64,000 nucleotides of DNA from Microthyrium microscopicum. Lineage: Eukaryota. The position numbers and the translations under genes were made by a program. Position 1 is the stretch's first letter. Each line of letters begins with the position of its first letter. The notes beneath the pieces are model-generated. The model searched no databases. It had not been told where the DNA came from and was given only the letters and a program-made list of their open reading frames with translations. The stretch is from positions 658,191-722,190 of the forward strand of contig MU004237.1 of the NCBI GenBank assembly GCA_010405405.1, given 5' to 3'. This document shows positions 23,664-34,553 of the stretch, one piece after another.

Positions 23664-25988
23664 ATGGCTGCAAATTCCAGCACCCCCGAAATTGAGTATA
23701 ATCAAAAATCGCAACCTGCACGAAATCATAGAGCGATCCTCTTGCGCGAGATGCAAGCAATTCTGTCCCATAGCTCTAAATTCGCTACTGAAAATGATTC
23801 ATCTTCCAACTACTCGCGATCCATAGTGCTCTTGGATGGGAAATCCTTGAACCAAGCAGAGCTAACTGCTGTGGCTAGGTGAGAGAGAGTCTATACTTGT
23901 GTTCGGTGTTAAAAAGCTAACTTGAACACAGATATGGCGCGACTTGTAGACTTAATGAAACCCCAAAGGTAGTCAACAACGTCCAGAAGAGCCTGGAAAC
24001 ATTTCATCATGAACTTTGCTCTGGGAAGTCAATATACGGTAAGAACATCGCCTGGCTAAATCTGTTTAGCAACGATTCTAACTCCTCTTAGGCGTGAATA
24101 CTGGCTTCGGCGGCAGCGCGGACTTGACAAGTGACGCTCCTGAAGATCTCCAAATTGCTCTATTGCAGATGCAACAATGTGCAATCATTAATTCTTCCTC
24201 CCAAGACCCATCCCGAGCACTTCTGTCGTCAACAATGCCCGAAGATTGGGTACGAGGAGCAATTCTTGTACGATGCAATTCATTGATGCGTGGTCATTCT
24301 GCTGTACGCTTGGAAGTCATTGAAACCTTGATCCAGCTTCTTGAACTGAACTTGATTCCAGTCATCCCTCTACGCGGGAGCATCTCTGCCTCTGGCGATC
24401 TCTGTCCCCTCTCTTACATTGCCGGTGTACTTGAAGGCAACCCAGATATATTCGTCTGGAGTGGCAAAGCAGGAGCGCGTCATATGGTTAGCGCTGAACA
24501 TGCCTTGAAGAAAGCAAACATATCACCGATCACCTTCCAACCAAAGGAAGTGCTGGGACTGATCAATGGTACAGCAATATCCGCATCGGTCACTGCTCTA
24601 GCTTTGCAAGAGGCCAACCAGATGGTATTCTTGCTCAGATTCTAACGGCCATGACTGTGGAAGCACTGATGGGCAGCTCGGCCAGCTTTCACCCATTCAT
24701 ACACAGCATTCGCCCACATGAGGGACAAATTGAGAGTGCTCACAGCATAGAAGCGAGTCTCAAAGGCTCCAAGCTGGTTCATCATAGTGGTGGTGGCGAG
24801 ACAAAAGTCAATCATCTAGCTCAAGATCGCTATGCGACGCGCACTTCACCGCAATGGTTTGGCCCACTTCTTGAGGATCTGTTGCTTGCTCATAAGCAAG
24901 TCAAAGTTGAGCTCAATAGCACCACAGATAACCCTCTCATCGATTCTTCCCATGACCCTCCTACGATTCACAATGGTGGTAATTTCCAAGCAGCATCACT
25001 CACGAGCGCGACTGAAAAGACTCGCTATGCTCTCCAAATGGTGGGACGAATTGTCTTTGCCCAATCATCCGAGCTGCTTAACGACTCCATGAATAATGGA
25101 CTACCACCAAATCTTTCACCCGATGAGCCAGGCGTTTCGTTTCTCTCCAAAGGACTAGACATCAACATGGCAGCTTACATGACAGAACTTGGCTTTCTAG
25201 CAAACCCTGTGAGCAGCCACGTTCAGTCCGCCGAAATGGGAAACCAAGCTGTGAACAGCGTTGCTTTGATCTCTGCTCGCCAAACTCATCAGGCAATTGA
25301 TGTTTTATCTCTGATGCTGGCTACTCACACCTGGACTCTATGCCAAGCAGTGGACTTGCGGGCCATACAGGTCCAAATCGAATCCGAGATACTGCCCCAA
25401 GTCCATGGAACATGTTCTGATTCATTCGAGAAATACTTCCAGCCAGACACACTCACCCACCTCACGAAAAAAGTGGAAGACATCATCAAACGCGGTCTCC
25501 TAGATGCTGCGAAAGTGCAGTCCGGCCAACGCTATCACAATATTGCAGAGTCAGCTCAGAAAATATGGTACGAGGCTTTCAGCGATCCAGAACGAAAAGC
25601 ACTCGAATCAGCTGGACATGTTCAAGCGATCTCAGACCCGATTCTTGCGGTTCGGGACTGGACCAAAGAGATGGCACGAGTAATGCTGGTCACCTCCAAA
25701 TCTGTCAAGGAGACTTATGCTGTCACTCCCGATGCATCACATCTGCTTGGAAAGTCTTCCAGCAAAGTATATCGATTCGTGCGAGAGAGACTGGGTGTTC
25801 CTTTCTGTCGAGGCCTGGCAGACCATCCAACTGCCAAATCGAATGATTCTGCGATTTCTCGAGGCCCAAAGAAAACTACTGGAAGTCAAGTTAGTCTCAT
25901 ACATTCGGCGATCCGCAATGGTGATATTCTGGGATTGTTGGAAGACTGCATCAAGGATATTGAATCATCAATCGAGGTGCCTAAATAA
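23664..25988 (+). pseudogene. Phenylalanine/aromatic amino acid ammonia-lyase (PAL family) with an apparent 1-nt frameshift near 24625-24632
   Basis: IYG/VNTGFGGSAD (catalytic Tyr), MIO-forming ISASGDL, GLINGT, QDRY..RTSPQW.GP, NSTTDNP, HNGGNFQ, SAEMGNQAVNS. Introns 23879-23931 and 24039-24091. The frame breaks between ORFs 24094-24645 and 24651-25988. Confidence 0.8.
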
Positions 25989-26177
25989 GGCTCAGTGGCC
26001 TGACCAATGCCGAAGGCCTTTGGCTCCACAGTCTAGTCCTGCATTTTGTCTTTGTTGGTCAGACGGTCAATACTTAGGAGTTAGTCTAAGGTAGTCAGAA
26101 AGATAACCTCCGTCAATTAATGCGTCTCATAAGATCTACCGCTCGTCTCTTTGATGTATTATATACACAACATCCGC

Positions 26178-28224
26178 TTAGCATCCCACTGGTTTTGGCT
26201 TCTTTAAATATGCTGGGTCCAAATAGTCTGGTATGTTAGGAGTATAGCCAGTGAGACGATGATTTTTAATGATACCGTATCCTTGTGCAATTGCATCCTT
26301 TTGCAGGTCACTACACGAGCTTCGATCCAGTACATAGCACTCCGTTTTCGTAGGACATTTTGGAACTTGGTTCTTATGAAACCAGGTCGAGCTTGCTCCT
26401 TTCGTGCTGTATGTAGAGTCCAAGGCGGCTTGGGCTCCTGATGCGATATCTTTTCCACTAATAGCCCTGCTGAAGATTTTTTGAAGAGCCTCTGGTTGAT
26501 ATGCAAAAGCTAGAACTGTCAGAATCTCGATTTCTTCCATTGGAGTTCATTGAGCTCATACCTTCTTGACCTGCATCGTAAACTCTGGTGAATGATAGTT
26601 GTCCGACTTGACGAACTTGGCCTCCTACGAATGAAGCATTTACTTGCATGTCTTGATATCCGGCAGCCTTGAAAGCTGCACTGTTGGTGTAGTTGATAGC
26701 TGTACTGACTGCTTCTCCACCAATCCCTGTATTTATTAGCAAGACTCGAAGGACTAAAAAATGTATCCAACTCACAATTATTCGAGTAATCTCTATCCCC
26801 GTACGCTAGCGCCACAGTAACACCGGAATCAAGTAACTGCCCAATCTTTTCCAGATGCCCTCCCAGAGCAGGATCGTAAGAATCAAACGCGGCTCGAACA
26901 ACGAACTGCTCAGGAGTAAAGTTTCGAGCCACGCCGAGAGCTGACATAACTGGCTCAGAGTTCAGATAACCGATATAGTATGGTGAAAGTGAAAACGGAT
27001 TTGTACGAGTAACATCAGACTGACTTCGCTAGAAAGAATAGTTAGAGAGAATCGACAACTCGGGTTCTGTGTACTTACCCCTGAAAGAAGACTGTAGCCT
27101 CCAGCGACGTTTGAGCAAACGGTAAGAACGTGGGCACAAAGATTGACCACTTCGCCAGCATTGCCAACTTGATCAGGATCAGCCTTTGCCGCTTGTGCTC
27201 TACACTGCTTCAAGCGGGTTCCGCAACCATCTTCAGACCAGTAATTTCTAGAAACGCCAGCGTAGACCCCTTGATCCACGGCTTGGATGCCATATGTATT
27301 GTTGTAAGCAAACTGTGGAAACTTGAGTTGTTGTGTTTCCATATCAATGAAGCCATTTACAACTCCAATGCTCTTGATCTTGAGGGCTACTTCGCCAGAC
27401 TTTGCTGATTTTGACTGATTCAAAAAGTAAGATGCAAGATCGGGCGCCCATCTTCCAGCATATGCAGTTCCCCAGATACTCAACTCGTTGTTTTTTGGCT
27501 TGTACTCGGGGAAATCTCCAACAAAAGCTTGCATGAATCGCCACATTGTTCTTGCTGCGATGCCCGTTGTATTCGCTGTGTTGAACGCACTTTGACTTGC
27601 GAAAACGCCATTCTGAATAGATGGATTTGTTTTCGAAGCTGATTGTCCAGGACGAACTGGCTGTGCTCCGGGCCCCGAGCTAAAATGGTTGAACGTCACG
27701 TTCATCAACACATCGTATGAGAATCCGGTTTGTACCGGTTGGTCCACATATAGGATATTGGCGTCGTTGTTCCATGAGAATGGGTTGAGTGTAGTCGTAG
27801 TCGAATCATCCTTTACATTGCAAGGCCCTGTTCCATGAAAGAGACTTTTAAGACTTGAGGTACCAGGTCCGCCGTTGAGCCAGAGAGCAAATGGTGCGTT
27901 GGCTTGATCATTTCTCGATTCAAAGAACCAGAAGAATAAGTTAATTTCATATGCATGGACAACTCCTAGATCTGCGAGGCTTCCTTTGGGAATATGAATA
28001 TATCCAGAGTAGCTCTTCACTCCTGGTGTCGTTTCGCAGATCTTGGGCTACAGGAATCAGATCACACGAAATCTTCCAGAGTTTGTGCTTAAACTTACTG
28101 ATTTATAGGAGATCTTGACGCCGGGATGAGCTTTGGACTCAACAATTTTGTCATACTTTGGAGGAGGAACAAATTGCGCGTTCGCCAACGCAGCTATGCC
28201 GAAGACGAGGTATAACAGCCTCAT
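26178..28224 (-). CDS. Secreted serine carboxypeptidase (S10) homologue, catalytic Ser and His substituted
   Basis: Signal peptide [55 protein letters not shown] and YGDRDY motifs. The nucleophile elbow reads WGTAYAG and the His motif reads [10 protein letters not shown]. Confidence 0.9.
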
Positions 28225-28799
28225 GATGAGCTATTGAAAGTACGTATGACTTGTTGATTGACGGTTCGAAAAACATGCTTGCAGACTGTGATGGTATTCG
28301 GGTGTCAGGAAGTGCTCGCAACACTGACCTATGTTGGTGGTACCCGGCATTCATTTGGGCTAAATTAAGCACCCATATGAGCGAAAAGATCATATTCTAA
28401 GCTCATCTCCATAGGGCTGAATGAGGCTCAAATCGTAGTAGTGCACGGGATTTACTAATACTACTCTATAGTTGAGCCATTTTCATACATCACGAAATGT
28501 ATTTTGATTGTTAAGATGTTTGAAGGTCTTCAATCGGTACCATGAATTTTTCAATAGCTGTAAGGTAATCTTCATGTCAAAAAGGCACAAGCAAGAAGTA
28601 TTCCTGCTAGTTCCGCATTAGGCGCATTCTGGAAATCATGAGATGCGATTCTTTGCTTCTTGCTTCGTTCTCTACGTTGCACGCTGGCTGGCTGGAAATA
28701 AATAGTTTGGAGGAGTGGATGACGAAGTATGCAAGTCGTCGGTCCCGACATCTTCGAGCAGTGTTGCTTATCCACTTATGCACTCCGCATTTTCATTTC

Positions 28800-28917
28800 C
28801 TGGGGTAGGAAGTTAACTTACTGGAGCCTCATCCGAAGATCGCCATCATCAATTACGTCCTTCTCAGCCGACAACTAGTAAAATTCCAGCGGGGTAGCGG
28901 ATACCAGATGACTGGAG
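28800..28917 (+). promoter_or_regulatory. Cluster of CreA-type SYGGRG sites upstream of the GH32 gene
   Basis: CTGGGG at 28800, CTGGAG at 28821, GCGGGG at 28889 and CTGGAG at 28912. Confidence 0.45.
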
Positions 28918-29070
28918 AAAACTCCGATCTGAAAGACAGGGATGATATGCGGCTCAATGGATATGGATCGAGCGACGATCGTTGTATTTGATCTTGATAT
29001 TCGCTGATGTTTCTGTCGCGATGTTCAGGGAATCTCGTTTTTGTATTATACGGGTGAACAATCAGCCATT

Positions 29071-30820
29071 ATGAAACTCACGATAGCCTGGACCGCCGTT
29101 CTGGCATTGCTGCCATATGTGTTTTGTAAGACGTCAACATACGTAGAGCCCACAGTTCCAACTGGGACACCAATTGCTGGAAATTATAGTGGGCAGTTGA
29201 GACCGCAGATTCATTTCTCTCCGCCCAAGGATTTCATGAATGATCCAAATGGCATGTTCCTTGACGGGAATGGCACTTACCATCTCTACTATCAATGTAA
29301 GCTCATCTCTTGCTGTGTAAAGCAGCTCCTGATCCCTTCAAGATAATCCAACTGGTACCGTCGCTGGCAACCAACACTGGGGCCACGCAACCAGTACGGA
29401 TCTGTATACCTGGATCAACCAGCCGATCGCCCTGTATCCAACAGACAACCAGACCTTCGTCTTCTCCGGCTCAGCAGTGGTCGATACCAACAACACCTCT
29501 GGCTTCTTTCCAGGCCAAGATAATGGCGTGGTAGCGATATACACCCTGGCGCATTACAATGCCGATGGCACCGCTGGCCCCCAGACGCAAAACATCGCAT
29601 ACTCCCTCGACGGTGGCTTCACCTTCATACCATATGACAAGAACCCAATCATTCCCAGCACAAGTAGCCAGTTCCGTGATCCAAAAGTCATTTGGTTCGA
29701 AGACCATTGGGTAGCCGTCGTATCCTACGCCGTCGAATTCACCATTGGTTTCTACACCTCCCCCAATCTCCGCGACTGGACACACGCAAGCAACTTCACG
29801 CCCCACGGTCTTCTAGGCTTACAATACGAATGTCCAAATCTCGTCTCAATGCCCATCCGCGATTCCTCAGGTACCAAGACGGGCTCAGCATGGGTATTTC
29901 AAATCAGCATCAATCCAGGTGCGCCACTAGGCGGAAGCATCGCCGAGTATTTTCCCGGCAATTTCAACGGCACGCATTTCACGCCCTATGACCCCGTCGC
30001 GCGCATCGCAGATTTCGGCAAGGACAATTATGCTGGTCAGTTCTTTTATGGGATACCAGAAGCAGATGATGCAATCAGTATTGCATGGGCGTCTAATTGG
30101 CAGTATTCGCAAAGTGTGCCGACTGGTCCACTGGAGGGTTGGCGGAGTAGTATGAGTCTGCCGAGACGGAATTACTTGACGAACATTACGCGTGTGGGTG
30201 TCGTAATGGCGAGCACGCCGTATGATTTAAGCCCGGTCTTGGGAGGTGTTATTGCCTCTAATTCGAGTTTGGAAAATGGTAGCTTGACGGTTGACTATTG
30301 CAAGGTGAGCAGCAATGCAGTGTGGTTGAGCATTAATGCAACCGGCATTAACTCAACGCTGCTTACGTCGATGAGTACGGTCAATTTTACGTTCAGCAGT
30401 GCGACGACGAATGAGTCCGTGTCTGGTGGGTTCTACTTTGCGGCGGATTCACATTTCTTCTTGGACCGGGGCAAGACCAAGGGTTTTGAAAATCCGTTCT
30501 TTACCGACAAAGTTTCCACAACGGACATTGTTGGCAATTCATGGAGTGCGGAAGTAGTAATCGATCGCTCAATCTTGGAGGTATTCTTGGATGGTGGAAC
30601 GAGAAGCGCCACTCAAACATTTTTCTCCAACGAGCCGCTCACCAAATTGACGGTGGGTGGTGCAGCTATTCCTGCTGGAATGATAATCAGCGTGGAGGTT
30701 CAAGCGATTAAGAGTACTTGGGAGACACTGGAAGATGAGTCTGGTACGGTGGTTGGGAATTTGACAGCAAGAGGTGCAACTCACAAGAAAAGAGCCATGA
30801 AGTATGAGGCGATATTTTGA
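29071..30820 (+). CDS. Secreted GH32 beta-fructofuranosidase (invertase/exo-inulinase type)
   Basis: Signal peptide [14 protein letters not shown]; catalytic motifs FMNDPNG, QFRDPKV and YECP; intron 29297-29342. Confidence 0.95.
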
Positions 30821-30906
30821 ATTCGACTGAAGTAATGTTATCCAGCCAAAACGTAATGTCCACATTGAATGATGGGGTATCTTGGAACGAGATTGAAAAG
30901 AGTGAA

Positions 30907-31764
30907 CTATGACTTGTCGCGTATCTGTTTTGTTTTGCGCTTCTTGAAGACGATTCCAGCTCCGGGTGGTGCTTCGACGGTGGGTGGAGCGGATGACATA
31001 TCCTCCAACGTTGTCGACAGCTCCGTTTTCTGTTCGGCAGGAACTTCGGTCTCTTCAGTCTTGAGTACCAGATCCAAACCCTCTTCTTCCTTGACTTCGT
31101 CCTGCTTGAGCTTGATCGGCTCTTTCAGCAAATCATCCAGATCCAGATCAGCAGATTGTCCAGGATAAATTTTCTCTTGTCTTCCCCATCCTCGACGAGG
31201 TTGAACTTCTTCTTCCTCCTCTTCCACAGCCTCACTTTTTCGTTTATGCACCCCCTTGACAAGTCCATCCTTGGTTGGTTGTAGCTTCTGTTTCGGCGCG
31301 CGTACTGTTTGCCATTCTCCCGCCATAGCCATCTCGGCCCTATATTCGTCAGGGAGCGCAACGCCCATTGCCGCTAGTTGCTGCATTTGACGCTTCCGAT
31401 CTTCTACCGTTGCCGTCTTTTTTGGCGCCTTCGTTATTGTTGGTGGTACGAATGTACTGCTTGCGCCGGCGTTTGAAGACGGTGCCGACTTTGCGGCGAC
31501 GACGCCTGTGAGGCGTGCGACTTCATCTTTGGCACGTTGAGCATCTCGTTCGTCTCGCTCTTTTCCACGGTGTAGGTCGCGAAGGGATTTTTGGATGGCG
31601 CCTTGGTGACGGCCGGTAGCTTCGTGCTGGGATTTCTCGAGTTTCGTGTCTTTGACGAAGACTTTGCAGAATTTGCACCAGTATTTGGGCTGTACTAGAG
31701 TTAGCTAGGCCTCAAAAACAAAAGAGATGGAGTCGCGTACCGTTGATTTCCAGAATTCTGACAT
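30907..31764 (-). CDS. U1-type (matrin) zinc-finger protein, WBP4/FBP21-like
   Basis: MSEFWKST / PKYWCKFCKVFVKDTKLEKSQHEATGRHQ; QLAAMGV..P.EYR.EMAMAGEWQTV; C-terminal IVFKKRK. Confidence 0.8.
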
Positions 31765-31992
31765 TTTCAATTGTTAGAAAGTATGGTTGGAGTTGGTAGA
31801 AGAGGATGAAGTTGTCGTAGGATGTGACAGTGAATGCCAAGAAATGGTCTCCAATAATATGATGAGGCCGCCCCTTCCTCAAAACAATTGCTTGGGAGCC
31901 TGGAGAATCATCACGTTTATTGCTTGCCACCTGCAACCAACAACTCATACTGCCATTGAGTGTCATCTCATCACCCACTCGCCCAAAACACA

Positions 31993-33294
31993 ATGAGCTT
32001 CGTCTCATCGGGCATGGCTGCCAGAGCCGTTCGCCAAACCTTGAGACTCACCAACCAACCGCTCCTCCACTCTTCATACAAACCTCTCGCCCTTCAAGCT
32101 TCGAGTCGGCATCTCTCCTCAACACCACACAGCAATGCCCAGAATCCACCCGCCAGTATTTTTGGTGTACCCACTGGAGCTGGAGGTGGATCTGGCGTCC
32201 CTACATACTTCTCGAAGCCTTCTCTTCCCGCCAATACCATCATCCGTTTCGTTCCACAACAGACGGCATGGATTGTTGAGCGCATGGGAAAGTTCCATCG
32301 CATCCTAGAGCCTGGTCTAGCCATCTTGATCCCTTTCCTGGATCGCATCGCATACGTGAAAAGTCTAAAGGAAAATGCTTTGGAGATTCCCAGTCAGAGC
32401 GCCATTACTGCTGACAATGTTACTCTTGAGTTGGATGGCGTCCTCTATACTCGAGTGACTGACGCATTCAAAGCAAGGTAAGCTTGCTCATCTTTCTATC
32501 GTGCGGTGATCCAAAGTTGCTGACTGAACTCTAGCTATGGAGTCGAAGACGCAGAGTATGCCATCTCTCAGCTCGCCCAAACCACAATGCGCTCGGAGAT
32601 TGGTCAATTGACCCTCGATCATGTCCTCAAAGAACGCGCCAACCTCAATTCAAATATCACAGTCGCCATCAACGAAGCTGCGCAAAGTTGGGGTGTCGTA
32701 TGTCTACGTTACGAAATCCGAGATATCCATGCACCAGATCCAGTAGTGGAAGCAATGCATCGACAAGTTACAGCAGAGCGATCCAAACGTGCCGAAATCC
32801 TGGAATCAGAAGGTCAAAGACAGAGTGCCATCAACATTGCCGAAGGTCAGAAGCAGAGTGTCATCTTAGCTTCTGAAGCTTTGCGTTCCGAACAAATCAA
32901 TATGGCAAGTGGTGAGGCAGAGGCCATACTTCTCAAAGCCAAAGCCACCGCTGCTGGTATCACAGCAGTCGCAGATTCCATTGCTCAAGGAAGTGATGCC
33001 GCACAGAATGCTCTCAGTCTCAGCGTTGCAGAGAAATATGTCGACGCATTCGGAAAGCTTGCCAAGGAAGGTACTGCTGTTGTTGTGCCCGGCAACGTTG
33101 GAGATATCTCCAGCATGATTGCCAGTGCCATGTCAGTATATGGCAAAGTCAGTGATCAACAAGCGCGCGCTCAAACCTCGAAAATGTTGGAACCACCATC
33201 ACACCATGGGAAAGAATCAAACTCAGGCAACAGCAATACGTCAGACGTCAAGAAAACTGTACTCGAATCATTCAACGAGCGAACCAGGAAATGA
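31993..33294 (+). CDS. Mitochondrial stomatin-like (SPFH/Band 7, SLP-2 type) protein
   Basis: FVPQQTAWIVERMGKF, SQSAITADNVTL, QLAQTTMRSEIG, AERSKRAEILESEG; intron 32478-32534; presequence-like N-terminus. Confidence 0.93.
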
Positions 33295-33476
33295 GCAAGA
33301 TAAACTGCGTTGCAAGTTTTAAACATCGTCTTTTATACCCCACTCTTGCGACCGTTAGTAGTAATTGGATGTACAGCATTGGCGTCTTTGCTCCTGCTAC
33401 CATATTGGGATGGAAAAGCTGATAATCTCGACACGCATGTATCATATAACAACAGAATAAACAAATTATCAAAGCT

Positions 33477-34553
33477 TCATGTCTCTGAGCGCCCCAGTCT
33501 CCCCATCGTTGCCTTTACCCAAACCATGTTCCCCATTTCTTGACATCCCATCACCAACCCCTTCACTCTCTCCCCATCTACACATCCCATCCCGCCCATC
33601 AACCCAACAGCCAACAAAAGTCCCAACAGCACACTAACCCACTGCGCAACAACCACCCGCCACACAAACCCCTTAACCTCCGCAACACCAATCCACTCCC
33701 CCTTCAACCGCCTCGCCGCCTTCAGTCCAGGCATCCCATCCAGCGACCTTACATTATTCTTCACCCAATACGCATCCACCTCCCCACATGCCTCCTTATT
33801 CTTCGCCCACCGCGGCAACGTCTCACGATCACACCAAACATCATCCTCCGACGCTTTCGTCAACGACTCCGCGCGCTCAGACGGTATACTAGTTCTTAAT
33901 ACTGGGACGCCGTAACCACATGAAGTTTGGACTTTGAAGACGTGGAGGGATATTATTGAGCGCACGGTTTTGTGGATTGCGGAGGCTTGCCAATCTTCCT
34001 GCTCTTCTTTATTGTTGGTGGGGCTTGGGTTGGCCAGGGATGGTGGTTGGTCAAAGTGGTGGAGTAGGTTGTTGAATTCTGGTGTGCCGGCTTCATGGAC
34101 GGCGCCTTTGCAGAATAGGCGCAGGATGCGTGGGCTGGCGGAGTGCGAGGCTAGCATGATGGTTGCGCGGCTGTTGTCGTATAGGTGGGCGGTGGTTTCG
34201 CAGCCGGAGCCGGTGGCGTCGAGATAGAGGACGTGGGTTGGGGAGAGGATGCGGAGAGTGCGGGATGGATGGCCTGGGTGATTTTAGTATTGCTATAGCT
34301 TGGTTGGTCTTAGATGAGTATATGATTGAGAGTGGAGGGATTGGGGACGTATATGTACATGTCTTATTTTTAATGGACGGGAGGATAAGAGAAAGAGGAG
34401 AATGATGAAGATTTGGGTAGGAGATTAGAAGATACCTTTTGGCGAAACGTTAATGTGTGCTCCTACTGTTGGCGCTGAGGCTATGTAGAAGACTGGCTGT
34501 TGCATGATCCATTCCTGGAGGGTTTCCGGGATTGATTTGTAGAATGTAGGCAT
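33477..34553 (-). CDS. Pyridoxamine 5'-phosphate oxidase-family FMN-binding protein with C-terminal TM segment
   Basis: MPTFYKSIP..LQEWIMQQPVFYIASAP..HINVSPKG; LDATGSGCETTAHLYDNSRATIM; KVQTSCGYGVP; NVRSLDGMPGL. Confidence 0.8.

Noticed and set aside
24625..24638. 14-nt GT-AG micro-intron restoring the PAL frame
   Set aside because: Far below spliceosomal minimum size, no branch point, and it would delete residues of a conserved helix.
19827..30820. Phenylpropanoid-type biosynthetic cluster (TF + PAL + SCPL acyltransferase + GH32)
   Set aside because: No backbone synthase, CoA ligase or transporter nearby; the S10 protein lacks the triad that acyltransferases need and PAL is frameshifted. 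Adjacency alone is insufficient.
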